Of a stretch of 32,000 nucleotides of DNA, positions 17,034 through 25,087 are shown piece after piece; position 1 is the first letter of the stretch; every line of letters begins with the position of its first letter. This stretch comes from Serratia phage PCH45. The stretch is from the sequence record NC_091964.1, one strand, 5' to 3'. The notes under the pieces were generated by a model that made no database searches, was not told the origin of the DNA, and saw nothing but the letters and a program-made list of their open reading frames with translations. Made by a program: the position numbers and the translations under genes.

Positions 17034-17113
17034 AGCGTTAACCTTTTCAGATGACTTGACATAAAATTAGAGGTATCTGCCTCTTTAGATGAGAAACTTT
17101 TTGGAGAAAGAAC

Positions 17114-18550
17114 ATGTTAATGCCAGGCGACTTCTTAGACCCGGAATTTGAAGCTAAAGCAGTTACCCCACGTTTATCGGTAACTCCATTGATCGATGGG
17201 TTCAATGGAAACTACGTACGTGGCATGCAGGATGGTGACGATGGTCACATGATTCAGAACGGTGGCCGTCCAGCGACGACCGGCGTATTAGGTGGTCCTA
17301 ACCAGTTTAAGTCCACCTTCGGCGATTTGTTAACTTACACCCCGCTCGATCACTACTACGAAGACGCGACGTCGATGACCATCGATACCGAAGACTCGAA
17401 AGAGTATCAGCAACAACAACTCCGTATGCCGTATAACAAACGTATACTGGCTGACGGTGTATTCGGTAACCCGCGTATCTGGATGACTAAACAGTCAATC
17501 ATGTTCGGGGATAAATACTTCGATGATGTTCGTAAACCTTTTGGTGTAGCTAAAACAAAAGAAAAGAACTTCATGCTGGAAACCGGGTTCTTTAACAAAG
17601 GTACTAACCTGATTAAAGTCCCAACGCCGACGTTTGAATTCTACGACTCATTCAGTCGTCTGAACTTCGGTGACGTTGAGAAGAAATTCCATAACGCTGC
17701 GGTTGACTCAAAAGACCGTAACATGGAATTTACTCGTCCGGGTCTGATTAAGACTCGTATCCTGAACGAGATTCCGACCATCAACCCACAACACGGCTTC
17801 TATACAGTCATGACCGCTCACCTGGGCGAAGACATGATGTTAGACGCAGGTTATGGTGCGCAGCCGAAGAAGATCCTCGCTAACCTCGAAGCAGGTAAGA
17901 AGATCACCGGTTGTCCTCCGCAGTTCCTGTACATGCCAAACGACCTGTGGTTCTGTGCTAACCAGAAACCGCATTGGGATAAGGATATGATTCCTATCTA
18001 CGGTCGTAATGGCGAGCCAGGTAAGAAAGGCGAGAAGGACGTGGTCGAAATCAAGATCATGAACCTTCGTGGTAAAGCAGGTGCTTCCGGTGCTCCGTTC
18101 CCAATGTTGGCTTCTCAGTCGATGGGTATGCTACCTAACCTGAGCATGTTCAACTACCTGCGTGCTGACCAGGGTTACTTCGGTATGGCTGCTGGTAACA
18201 ATACAACGATGGCACTGGACTTCTGTCCGGATATCAAGATGACCCGTAATAAGGTATGGGAAATCGTTGATAGCGACTATCGTGTACAGCGTGCTCTGGA
18301 ACTCCTGACCGGCCTTTGTCAGATTCGTAATACCATGTGGCACTTAGGTAACGTTGTCCATACCCCACCGGCCGAAATCTTCAATCGTCTTAAAGAGAAA
18401 GGATACGACTGGGATGTTATTCTGGGCGAAACACGTTCCTGGTGGCAGTTCACTCACCGCAAAGAAGAGAAACACTACCTCTCGGCATTAGACCTGTTGC
18501 GTATGTATCAGGGCGAATGGATGCCGCAGTGGTTAGGTAAAAGTCACTAA
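17114..18550 (+). CDS. UvsX/RecA-family recombinase-like protein (478 aa)
   Basis: By-eye matches to remembered T4 UvsX landmarks, in order: RGMQDG (UvsX GGMQSG); GGPNQFKSTFG at 17291-17320 (UvsX GPSKSFKSNFG, Walker A variant GxxxxFKS); IDTEDS (YDSEFG); FYDSFSRL (FIDSLGNL); TVMTAHLGEDM (AINHTYETQEM). GGAGAAAG SD. Confidence 0.6.
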   Translation: MLMPGDFLDPEFEAKAVTPRLSVTPLIDGFNGNYVRGMQDGDDGHMIQNGGRPATTGVLGGPNQFKSTFGDLLTYTPLDHYYEDATSMTIDTEDSKEYQQQQLRMPYNKRILADGVFGNPRIWMTKQSIMFGDKYFDDVRKPFGVAKTKEKNFMLETGFFNKGTNLIKVPTPTFEFYDSFSRLNFGDVEKKFHNAAVDSKDRNMEFTRPGLIKTRILNEIPTINPQHGFYTVMTAHLGEDMMLDAGYGAQPKKILANLEAGKKITGCPPQFLYMPNDLWFCANQKPHWDKDMIPIYGRNGEPGKKGEKDVVEIKIMNLRGKAGASGAPFPMLASQSMGMLPNLSMFNYLRADQGYFGMAAGNNTTMALDFCPDIKMTRNKVWEIVDSDYRVQRALELLTGLCQIRNTMWHLGNVVHTPPAEIFNRLKEKGYDWDVILGETRSWWQFTHRKEEKHYLSALDLLRMYQGEWMPQWLGKSH

Positions 18551-18564
18551 CCGAGAAAAAATAA

Positions 18565-18852
18565 ATGGTCCGTAATGATGCACGTTTTCATCTGGTGATG
18601 TTAATCTCCGAGTTTTCCCATGCACGGGCTAATGCATTCGAGGATATGTTTGAGCACGCTGAAAAACAGCGTAGCTCTGACCGAGCCGAGATGCAGGAGA
18701 TTAACGAGTTCTTCGGGCGCGAATTGCGCCCTTTCACTCGTGTCGGCGCAGATGTAGCTTTAAGTCTTGAAACTGAAAAGGGAATTGATTATTGGTTGCG
18801 CGAATTCAGAAGGAAGATGATGAACTATATCCTGAAGGACTGGAGGCCGTAA
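18565..18852 (+). CDS. hypothetical protein (95 aa)
   Basis: Fills the gap between the recombinase and SLOG genes on the same strand. Protein-like charged/helical composition, but a weak SD. Confidence 0.4.
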   Translation: MVRNDARFHLVMLISEFSHARANAFEDMFEHAEKQRSSDRAEMQEINEFFGRELRPFTRVGADVALSLETEKGIDYWLREFRRKMMNYILKDWRP

Positions 18853-18853
18853 T

Positions 18854-19345
18854 ATGGCGGGTAATGGACATGTCATAGTCGTCGTCGGCCCGAGTAATTA
18901 TCGGTCCTACTTCAAGTTCGCAAAATCAATGGATCGGATACTGGGGCGGATGGCTAAGAGTGACATAACCATTATCACGGGCAATGGGAATGGTTCCGAC
19001 TATGTCGCATTCCTTTATGCTCTCCGCCGTGGGCTCTGTCATGTTGAGTTCGAACCCAAGCGCCTTGACTTCGAGGCCGCTGTCTATCGTATGCAAGAGA
19101 GAATGATGGTTGAGGCAACTGGACTAGTAACGGTCGTAGATGGTTATGACCGCTACGTTGCACAAGCTACTCGTATCGCCTCTTCCCAAAATATTCCTCG
19201 TCGCTTGATAAGCGTGAACTCGGAGCAGAAAAATGCCAAAGAACAGAAAGAAAGCCACGGAAGTATGCGTCGGCTTAATATCCGAACTTTATCCCGGTAC
19301 AGAGAACGCCGATCTCACTCGCCGTTTCCTGGAGTCGATGAGTGA
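18854..19345 (+). CDS. SLOG-superfamily protein, DUF2493-like (163 aa)
   Basis: GGAGG SD. Colinear with the remembered DUF2493 layout: VIVVVGPSNY (vs VLVCGGRDF), MDRIL, ITIITGNGNGSDYVAFLYALRRGL (vs HGAARGADSLAGEWA), VEFEP, RMQERMM (vs RNQRML), LVTVVDGYDRYVAQATRIA..NIP. The last ~38 aa (Arg/Ser-rich) overlap the next gene and look out-of-frame-like. Confidence 0.55.
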   Translation: MAGNGHVIVVVGPSNYRSYFKFAKSMDRILGRMAKSDITIITGNGNGSDYVAFLYALRRGLCHVEFEPKRLDFEAAVYRMQERMMVEATGLVTVVDGYDRYVAQATRIASSQNIPRRLISVNSEQKNAKEQKESHGSMRRLNIRTLSRYRERRSHSPFPGVDE

Positions 19346-19910
19346 TAAAGAATTCGATCAGTACATGGAAGATCTGCGTAGCGGTAAATCAATTGTTACC
19401 GTGACGATCCCTAACTTCGCCAAAACTAAATTCAACGAAGAGCACTTCTTGAAGTTTGGTAAAAAGCACAAGATCGAGTTCTTCCACCACCTCAAGGTAA
19501 CTGACCCTGACACAGGACGTATCTTTACTACGCCTTTGCGTTACATGGTCATTCGCGATCGTGTAAACCGCCTTCAGCAGATGCTGGAAGATAAGACAAG
19601 TTTCCCGCTGGATAATAACCATGTCGATGAACTGTCTGGTCAGGTAACGAACGAGTCTAAAGGTGCTCGACTGTCTTTCCCTGAAACGAACAACCTGAAC
19701 GGTAAAGGCTTCCGTGCCTTTATTGCAGAAGCTATAGGTGTGCGCGGAGGTAATGCTAAAGCTTTGCGCATGTTCGAAGATGAGATTCGTCGTACAGGCG
19801 TAGGTCATATCAGTCCAGCACTTGAAGCATCCGATGGGGCGAAAGCTAACCATACCTTAGCCGCATATCTGCGCGCTATGGGCTTCTCTACTACATTGGA
19901 TCGGAGATAA
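19233..19910 (+). CDS. hypothetical protein (225 aa; start 19233 or 19338)
   Basis: The ATG at 19233 has GGAG 8 nt upstream and its N-terminal 35 aa look protein-like, but this start gives a 113-nt overlap with the previous ORF. The alternative ATG at 19338 forms an ATGAGTGA start/stop junction. Confidence 0.5.
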   Translation: MPKNRKKATEVCVGLISELYPGTENADLTRRFLESMSDKEFDQYMEDLRSGKSIVTVTIPNFAKTKFNEEHFLKFGKKHKIEFFHHLKVTDPDTGRIFTTPLRYMVIRDRVNRLQQMLEDKTSFPLDNNHVDELSGQVTNESKGARLSFPETNNLNGKGFRAFIAEAIGVRGGNAKALRMFEDEIRRTGVGHISPALEASDGAKANHTLAAYLRAMGFSTTLDRR

Positions 19911-19912
19911 CG

Positions 19913-20470
19913 ATGTCTAATTCCAATATTACCTTGGAGTTCATTGGCCGCTCGATGGATTATGTCCGTCGACAACTTGAACTCTTGGAGTGGTCGCGTA
20001 ACGTAGTAACCGCTGATAAAGATAAGACGCCGCTGGAGTTTGTTCACGTTGAGCGCTCTATCGATTTCCTTGCACGGTTCATGGAAGGTTCGTCTACGTT
20101 TGAAATCTTCACCATGCAAGAGATCAACCGCTTTGTAGCCGATGTAGTGGCCGCTAACGCTTGGCGTTTCATCCAGGGACTCCAACAGTACGTCTTCGTT
20201 GCCTTCAGCCCTACAGAGCTTGTAGAGGTTGCTAAGGCCCTCTCGTTTAGTATTGCACCTAATAAGCTACTTGACGAGAAAGGCGTTGCTGAGCGTAACA
20301 ATAACGATTACGCACAAAGTCCGGCAGGGACAGAGAGTTATGATAATACACCAGATAACATTCTGGATTATCTATTTGCTAACCCGTGGTTAATGCCGCT
20401 GGTTGCTCTCGGTATGTCCCGTGAAATCCCAACCATTGATGACGGAGAGGAGCCACGTAAAAATGAGTGA
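19913..20470 (+). CDS. hypothetical protein (185 aa)
   Basis: GGAG SD. Starts 2 nt after the previous stop. No motif recognised. Confidence 0.5.
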   Translation: MSNSNITLEFIGRSMDYVRRQLELLEWSRNVVTADKDKTPLEFVHVERSIDFLARFMEGSSTFEIFTMQEINRFVADVVAANAWRFIQGLQQYVFVAFSPTELVEVAKALSFSIAPNKLLDEKGVAERNNNDYAQSPAGTESYDNTPDNILDYLFANPWLMPLVALGMSREIPTIDDGEEPRKNE

Positions 20471-21263
20471 TGCTTCGCCCTTAGCCGATGAGATAAAGAT
20501 ACTCACCTGGATGGACGATCTGTTAGACACTCGCCTGTCAACGATGTTACGATACGACATCGTAAAAACTCTGGATTTAATTCCCCAGGGTTATGACTTG
20601 CGTACGGCAGATAACTTCATTTGGGAAGGTCTTGGTATCTCAGAAAAGGTTTGGCACCAGCTGTGGGATAACCGCGATGACGAGATCCTGTATAAGTCTC
20701 GTCGTACAGGCGTACCTGATTTCATCCGTGAGCTGTTAGCCGAACAAATGCGCGAGCCGATTTCTACGCCGCACAAAATCCCGGTCAGCCTGACAATCAA
20801 CACCTATCCTTATTACCTGACGAAGGAAGTAAAGGATGCGTGGCGTGATGTCTACAAAGAGATGATACATCCACTCTTAGAAGTGAAGTTCATCCGTAAA
20901 TCCTACAATACGTTGAGCCCTGGTTTTGTAATCAGTAACTACAACTATCTCATTCACTACGATTGGGAGAAATGGGCGGCGGAGATTGGGAACTCGCCTG
21001 AGAAGGCATCGCTGACTATGCTGACTGTGATTGGTCCGCGTATTTGGAAGACAGCGCCTGATGAGAAGGAGTTGGAACAGTACAAAGAGTTCCTGGAGGG
21101 ATTTGATGTGCATATGCTCGGGGAAATAGCCGCAGCATTAGTGTTTCAGCTACGACTAGTTCCCGTTGACATGTGGGTAGCATTTAAAGACAACCACGGG
21201 TTTAGCGATAATCAGCGACTGGATACTGAAGTTGAATCTGGCGTACCCAGAGCAGCTGATTAG
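20463..21263 (+). CDS. hypothetical protein (266 aa)
   Basis: Start placed at the ATG at 20463 (MSDASPL...), which overlaps the upstream stop as ATGAGTGA. The ORF-track start at 20403 would overlap by 68 nt. Confidence 0.5.
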   Translation: MSDASPLADEIKILTWMDDLLDTRLSTMLRYDIVKTLDLIPQGYDLRTADNFIWEGLGISEKVWHQLWDNRDDEILYKSRRTGVPDFIRELLAEQMREPISTPHKIPVSLTINTYPYYLTKEVKDAWRDVYKEMIHPLLEVKFIRKSYNTLSPGFVISNYNYLIHYDWEKWAAEIGNSPEKASLTMLTVIGPRIWKTAPDEKELEQYKEFLEGFDVHMLGEIAAALVFQLRLVPVDMWVAFKDNHGFSDNQRLDTEVESGVPRAAD

Positions 21264-21784
21264 AAATCGTCTTCCTCGTCGTCAGTAGCACTACCTGTGA
21301 GAAGCTCTGGGTGTTCTCGCTCAACACGAGTGAAGAATTCATCCGGAGTTTCTTGTTGGTTGTCTGTATTGAGTTCGCCTGACATGACTGTTGGTGAAGG
21401 TAAGAAGTTACCGCTAAGAGCATCGATGCGTGACATAGCTTTCGGAGAAGGAGTAACATCAATTTCGATGTGCTCACCGGAGTTACGTCGTCTGGATATT
21501 TCTTCCAGTACCTTAGCAACCTGCTCATTAGACTTACTGTCTTTGCGGGCGATCTTAATACGCTGCTTTGCAACAGCCTGTCGGTCAACACCATCAAGGA
21601 ACATGGCGAGGATTTGCGCACCTTCTTTATCGGTTGGTACATCCCCCATGTTTTGCTCGATGAGCTTTTGAATGACTTTCTTACGCAGCTCTTGCGTATA
21701 ATCCATATCAGGATCTTTGTCATCTAAGCCAGCATCGGGATTCCCTGGGATGTCGACAAGTTCTGTGTTGTCATCATCTTCCAT
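21260..21784 (-). CDS. highly acidic hypothetical protein (174 aa)
   Basis: GAAGAGG SD. The termini are MEDDDNTELVD... and ...SATDDEEDDF. By hand count there are about 41 D+E against 21 K+R. Chosen over the same-strand alternative frame 21202..21723, which is Ser/Lys/Leu-rich and runs into the neighbouring gene. Confidence 0.5.
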   Translation of the reverse strand: MEDDDNTELVDIPGNPDAGLDDKDPDMDYTQELRKKVIQKLIEQNMGDVPTDKEGAQILAMFLDGVDRQAVAKQRIKIARKDSKSNEQVAKVLEEISRRRNSGEHIEIDVTPSPKAMSRIDALSGNFLPSPTVMSGELNTDNQQETPDEFFTRVEREHPELLTGSATDDEEDDF

Positions 21785-21862
21785 AGAGGCCTCTTCTAAA
21801 TAGGGTTCGAATATACATCATAACTATGGAGTAGCTAAATTAAAAATGCGAGAGGTACACTC

Positions 21863-22384
21863 ATGCAACTGTTCTCTTTCCTAACGGCTAAAGGACGGGC
21901 TTGTAACAAAGCACGTAAGCTGTTTAAGGGCAAAGAAGAAGTGCCGGTGAATGTGGATAACGCGTTAATTTGCGTAGCTGGTATCCGCAGCATCTATTTA
22001 AATAAGAAACTAATGGCGGCTACTTACCCCACTACTCTTTTCGGTTTGTACTTCACACCGGAGAAGTTAGAGAAGGAGTTCGAGAGCGCTATTCAACTCA
22101 TCCTGAGCGAAGATCAGCCCGAGCGTCGGCGTTACCCCCCTCAATTAACCCGCACCAAGTTAGACAATTGGCTGTGGACCGATAAAGGCGATAAGCCTAT
22201 CGAGTGGGAGCAATACATTGTAGGGCTCTTGGCAAAAGCCGAGAACTTTCTCTGCATGTTGCGTGATTCTTACGAAATCGAAGGTAAAGCCATCGCTGGT
22301 TACAGACTGGAGCAAATGTATTATCCATTATGTGATATTATCTCAATAGCTGAAGCGTTCTTTAACGAAGTCGCTAAAAAGTGA
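21863..22384 (+). CDS. hypothetical protein (173 aa)
   Basis: GAGAGG SD 8 nt upstream. First gene of a plus-strand block after a divergent gap. Confidence 0.5.
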   Translation: MQLFSFLTAKGRACNKARKLFKGKEEVPVNVDNALICVAGIRSIYLNKKLMAATYPTTLFGLYFTPEKLEKEFESAIQLILSEDQPERRRYPPQLTRTKLDNWLWTDKGDKPIEWEQYIVGLLAKAENFLCMLRDSYEIEGKAIAGYRLEQMYYPLCDIISIAEAFFNEVAKK

Positions 22385-22394
22385 GTCATTAGCC

Positions 22395-23165
22395 ATGCGG
22401 GAAATCCCATTACGATTTAGACGCTTGACTCAACCTGAACCCGCTGGGGAGCCGGAGAAGGATTACGAGCAAGTTAACTTATTATCACTACTGTTTCGAC
22501 AAACGAGAGCGGACCTCTTCATTTCGTCGAGATTGTGGTCTAGTCTGATGTCTACTTACCTGAAAGATCCACGCAGTCAGGTGAAGCAAACATCTAAAGC
22601 CCGTTCATCTGAACAATCAAACGTAAAGCGAGGTTTAGCCCATCCTGGCATGACCGTGAAGAACTTCACCAAAGGTCTTCGTGTCATCCGTCCGTTACAA
22701 ATCAAATTCAAGCTGCTTTTAGAATTACGCGATGGCGTTACAATAAAGGCAACTGTCAATTACGACCAAGACAAACTGTTCTCGGTCTTCAATAACAAAG
22801 AAGCACCCGATAACCATAATTTCCTCAGGGAGCTTTGGGACAACGTATACACGGTTCTCGGTTTTACCGAGGCATCATGGAAGACTGCCGTCACCAAATA
22901 CCTTGACAACCCAATCAACGGTTATGACGGTCGCCGTAATATTAAGTCCTCTGAACGTTCCAACCTTCGTCGTGGCCTGGCTTGCCCTAACATGACGATT
23001 GAGAACTTCACTAAAGCTATTCGGGTTCTCGACCCAAGTAAGATTACTCTTGAGATGCACCTTCAGTTAGATAGCGGCGCGTGGTCCAAACATGTCGCAA
23101 TCATGGAAGGTAGTTCGTTCGCTAACTCTATCTTCGATGAGGAGGACAGTAATGGAAATGCCTGA
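22395..23165 (+). CDS. hypothetical protein built from two homologous ~78-aa domains
   Basis: Residues ~46-125 and ~161-238 align: W.....YL(K/D)(D/N)P ... SSE(Q/R)SN(V/L)(K/R)RGLA.P.MT(V/I).NFTK..RV..P..I......L..G. The C-terminus is acidic (FDEEDSNGNA). Confidence 0.6.
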   Translation: MREIPLRFRRLTQPEPAGEPEKDYEQVNLLSLLFRQTRADLFISSRLWSSLMSTYLKDPRSQVKQTSKARSSEQSNVKRGLAHPGMTVKNFTKGLRVIRPLQIKFKLLLELRDGVTIKATVNYDQDKLFSVFNNKEAPDNHNFLRELWDNVYTVLGFTEASWKTAVTKYLDNPINGYDGRRNIKSSERSNLRRGLACPNMTIENFTKAIRVLDPSKITLEMHLQLDSGAWSKHVAIMEGSSFANSIFDEEDSNGNA

Positions 23166-24246
23166 TATGGCAGCAGTGAAAGCAAGCGCATCTTCCGCGA
23201 TGTCGTCTGCTAAAGCACTGGGTCAATCTGCCACAGCGAAAGCTAACTCCGGTGTATCGATTCTGTCTACCTCTGTTAAAGACGGTATTCAGGCTGTCGA
23301 CGGATTCGGTAAAAAGGTATCGGATGTTCTGACTGAAACCAAGTCTACGCTCTCGGCTAAGATTGCAGAGGCAAAGTCCTGGTTGACTGAAACTAGCATA
23401 GGGGATTTAGGTTCCCTCAAAGACATGTTAGCGAAAGCAGCAGAACTGAAGAAAGATGCCCAGGCCCTACAGAACCAGATCACCACCGCAATTACTGACG
23501 GTATCGGTACTGTACGTGGCCTAACGGATTCTGTACTCGGTCCAGCAGAAGAAGCGTTGTGGAAGCTCCAGCAAATTCCTTTCGATAAGATCACCGATGG
23601 GAAGTATTGGCTAAATCTCGCGATAGGTTCATCTGTGAGTGAGGTCAATTCGCTGGGTAACCTGACTAAACGTCTTCTGGGCGACGTAGACGGTATCATC
23701 GACGGCTATAAGGATAAGTATGCTGAGCTGTCACTTGCAATCGGTATATCTGATCATGCAGTGACTCTCGGTGATTCTTCTGTAGTAGGTGCAGTAATTG
23801 ATAAGTACGGTTCTGAAGCAGCTTTACGCGAATCGATTATCAACCGTTTCCCTGATGCAATTATGCAGGGTAACACTGCAATGCTTAAGACGATCATCGA
23901 GAAGTTCGGTCCGGCGTATGTGTTGGTGAAGTATCCAACTGCCGTGCAACTTATCCTGACCGGCTACCGCATGCCCGTAGGATCAACCGTGAACGATTTC
24001 CCCGCTCTCGGTGAGACATTGTTAGAAGTCCTTACCATGTTGGATCCTCAATGGGCGAATCTTAAGACAGTACCGAACGCACAGCATAACCTGAAGGTGT
24101 TCACAAACTCCTCAGTGTCCGCTCAGCGCGTTTTAGCAGGTGTTCCCGGCTTAGGGTATGTCTTGAAGATTGCGTTGAACTACCCGAACTCTGACGTCCT
24201 CTCTGTTGCTCGAAACCATTATCCCATGGCAGGGTTTAATAGTTGA
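23152..24246 (+). CDS. hypothetical Ala/Ser-rich helical protein (364 aa), possible head-internal or scaffold-like protein
   Basis: Start placed at the ATG at 23152, with GAGGAGG (23139-23145) 6 nt upstream. The N-terminal ~150 aa are low-complexity A/S/K/T helical sequence. Convergent with the prohead protease gene. The function is contextual guesswork. Confidence 0.45.
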   Translation: MEMPDMAAVKASASSAMSSAKALGQSATAKANSGVSILSTSVKDGIQAVDGFGKKVSDVLTETKSTLSAKIAEAKSWLTETSIGDLGSLKDMLAKAAELKKDAQALQNQITTAITDGIGTVRGLTDSVLGPAEEALWKLQQIPFDKITDGKYWLNLAIGSSVSEVNSLGNLTKRLLGDVDGIIDGYKDKYAELSLAIGISDHAVTLGDSSVVGAVIDKYGSEAALRESIINRFPDAIMQGNTAMLKTIIEKFGPAYVLVKYPTAVQLILTGYRMPVGSTVNDFPALGETLLEVLTMLDPQWANLKTVPNAQHNLKVFTNSSVSAQRVLAGVPGLGYVLKIALNYPNSDVLSVARNHYPMAGFNS

Positions 24247-24256
24247 CAGCACAAAC

Positions 24257-24298
24257 CCCTCTTCTCCTTTCGGAGAAGAGGGTGTTATTTTTTTTTTT
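24257..24298. terminator. intrinsic terminator between convergent genes
   Basis: Perfect 11-bp stem CCCTCTTCTCC (24257-24267) / GGAGAAGAGGG (24272-24282) with loop TTTC (GAAA on the minus strand). TGTTA and an 11-T run (24288-24298) follow. Confidence 0.8.
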
Positions 24299-24303
24299 GC
24301 TTC

Positions 24304-25080
24304 TTACCAGTTTTCCAGAGAAGACTGGCGACGGTCGAGGAGTTTACCGTAGCGATGTTCGAAAGCGTCGATCGATGCTTCTACTGATACGCGGTAGGCT
24401 GATTCCATACCGATGCCTTTCAGTGCCTGTTCATCTTTCAGCGTCTGCATAAGAGTAGACGTTGCCGGAATACGAACCAGCTCCAGAACATCAGCAGACT
24501 CGCAACTCGGGGAGTTGAACTTGTTAGCCGGACTTAACCCTGGTTCGTTTACCACGTCCCACGTGATGATGTTGTCGAAGAACTTACGACGTACACCACC
24601 GACAATACGGTCATTGGTTAAGGAACGTACAGAGAACGCAAGGTTCTCGTGAGGGTTGTTCAGCGCACGTTCAACGACGCCTGCATGAGGACCTGACGGA
24701 GCAACTTCGCCAAGGATAGCGATAATCTTTTTACCGTCCGGACCAACGTAGGCACGATCAATCCAAACACGACGGATATGGATTGCAACGTTACGCTCAT
24801 CGATAGTGTGGATACGACGAACGAAGTCATTGTAGTCACGACACTCACGCTCTACCGGATGTCCTAACTCACCGCGCAGATAAGAGTCTTTCATACGGCG
24901 GTTAAAAGTCTGGGACTTTTCGATAATGCGAATTGCTGATTCTAAATCGTAAACGGACCCGGTGGAGTTTGGATATTCGAGCGCACCGAGAACAACCTGA
25001 CAATAGTTGTTATCAAGGCGCTTAACATTTCCTTGCCCAGAGTAGCCGCGCTGTACGGTAATCTCAAAGTTATTTTTCAT
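24304..25080 (-). CDS. prohead (head maturation) serine protease, T4 gp21 / phiKZ gp175-like
   Basis: 258 aa. LRGELGHP (His74) matches the gp21 LGELNHP catalytic-His motif. AFSVRSL (Ser150) matches the gp21 GVSSRGLGS catalytic-Ser region with similar spacing. GAGGA SD. Confidence 0.7.
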   Translation of the reverse strand: MKNNFEITVQRGYSGQGNVKRLDNNYCQVVLGALEYPNSTGSVYDLESAIRIIEKSQTFNRRMKDSYLRGELGHPVERECRDYNDFVRRIHTIDERNVAIHIRRVWIDRAYVGPDGKKIIAILGEVAPSGPHAGVVERALNNPHENLAFSVRSLTNDRIVGGVRRKFFDNIITWDVVNEPGLSPANKFNSPSCESADVLELVRIPATSTLMQTLKDEQALKGIGMESAYRVSVEASIDAFEHRYGKLLDRRQSSLENW

Positions 25081-25087
25081 GGTATCC

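Noticed and set aside
17056-17090. TTGACA (17056-17061) with TTAGAT (17085-17090)
   Set aside because: The 23-nt spacing is incompatible with a sigma70 promoter, and no better -10 lies at 16-18 nt.
21202-21723. 173-aa minus-strand ORF competing with 21260..21784
   Set aside because: It has low-complexity S/K/L composition and extends 62 nt into the convergent gene. The acidic 174-aa frame has a proper SD and start.
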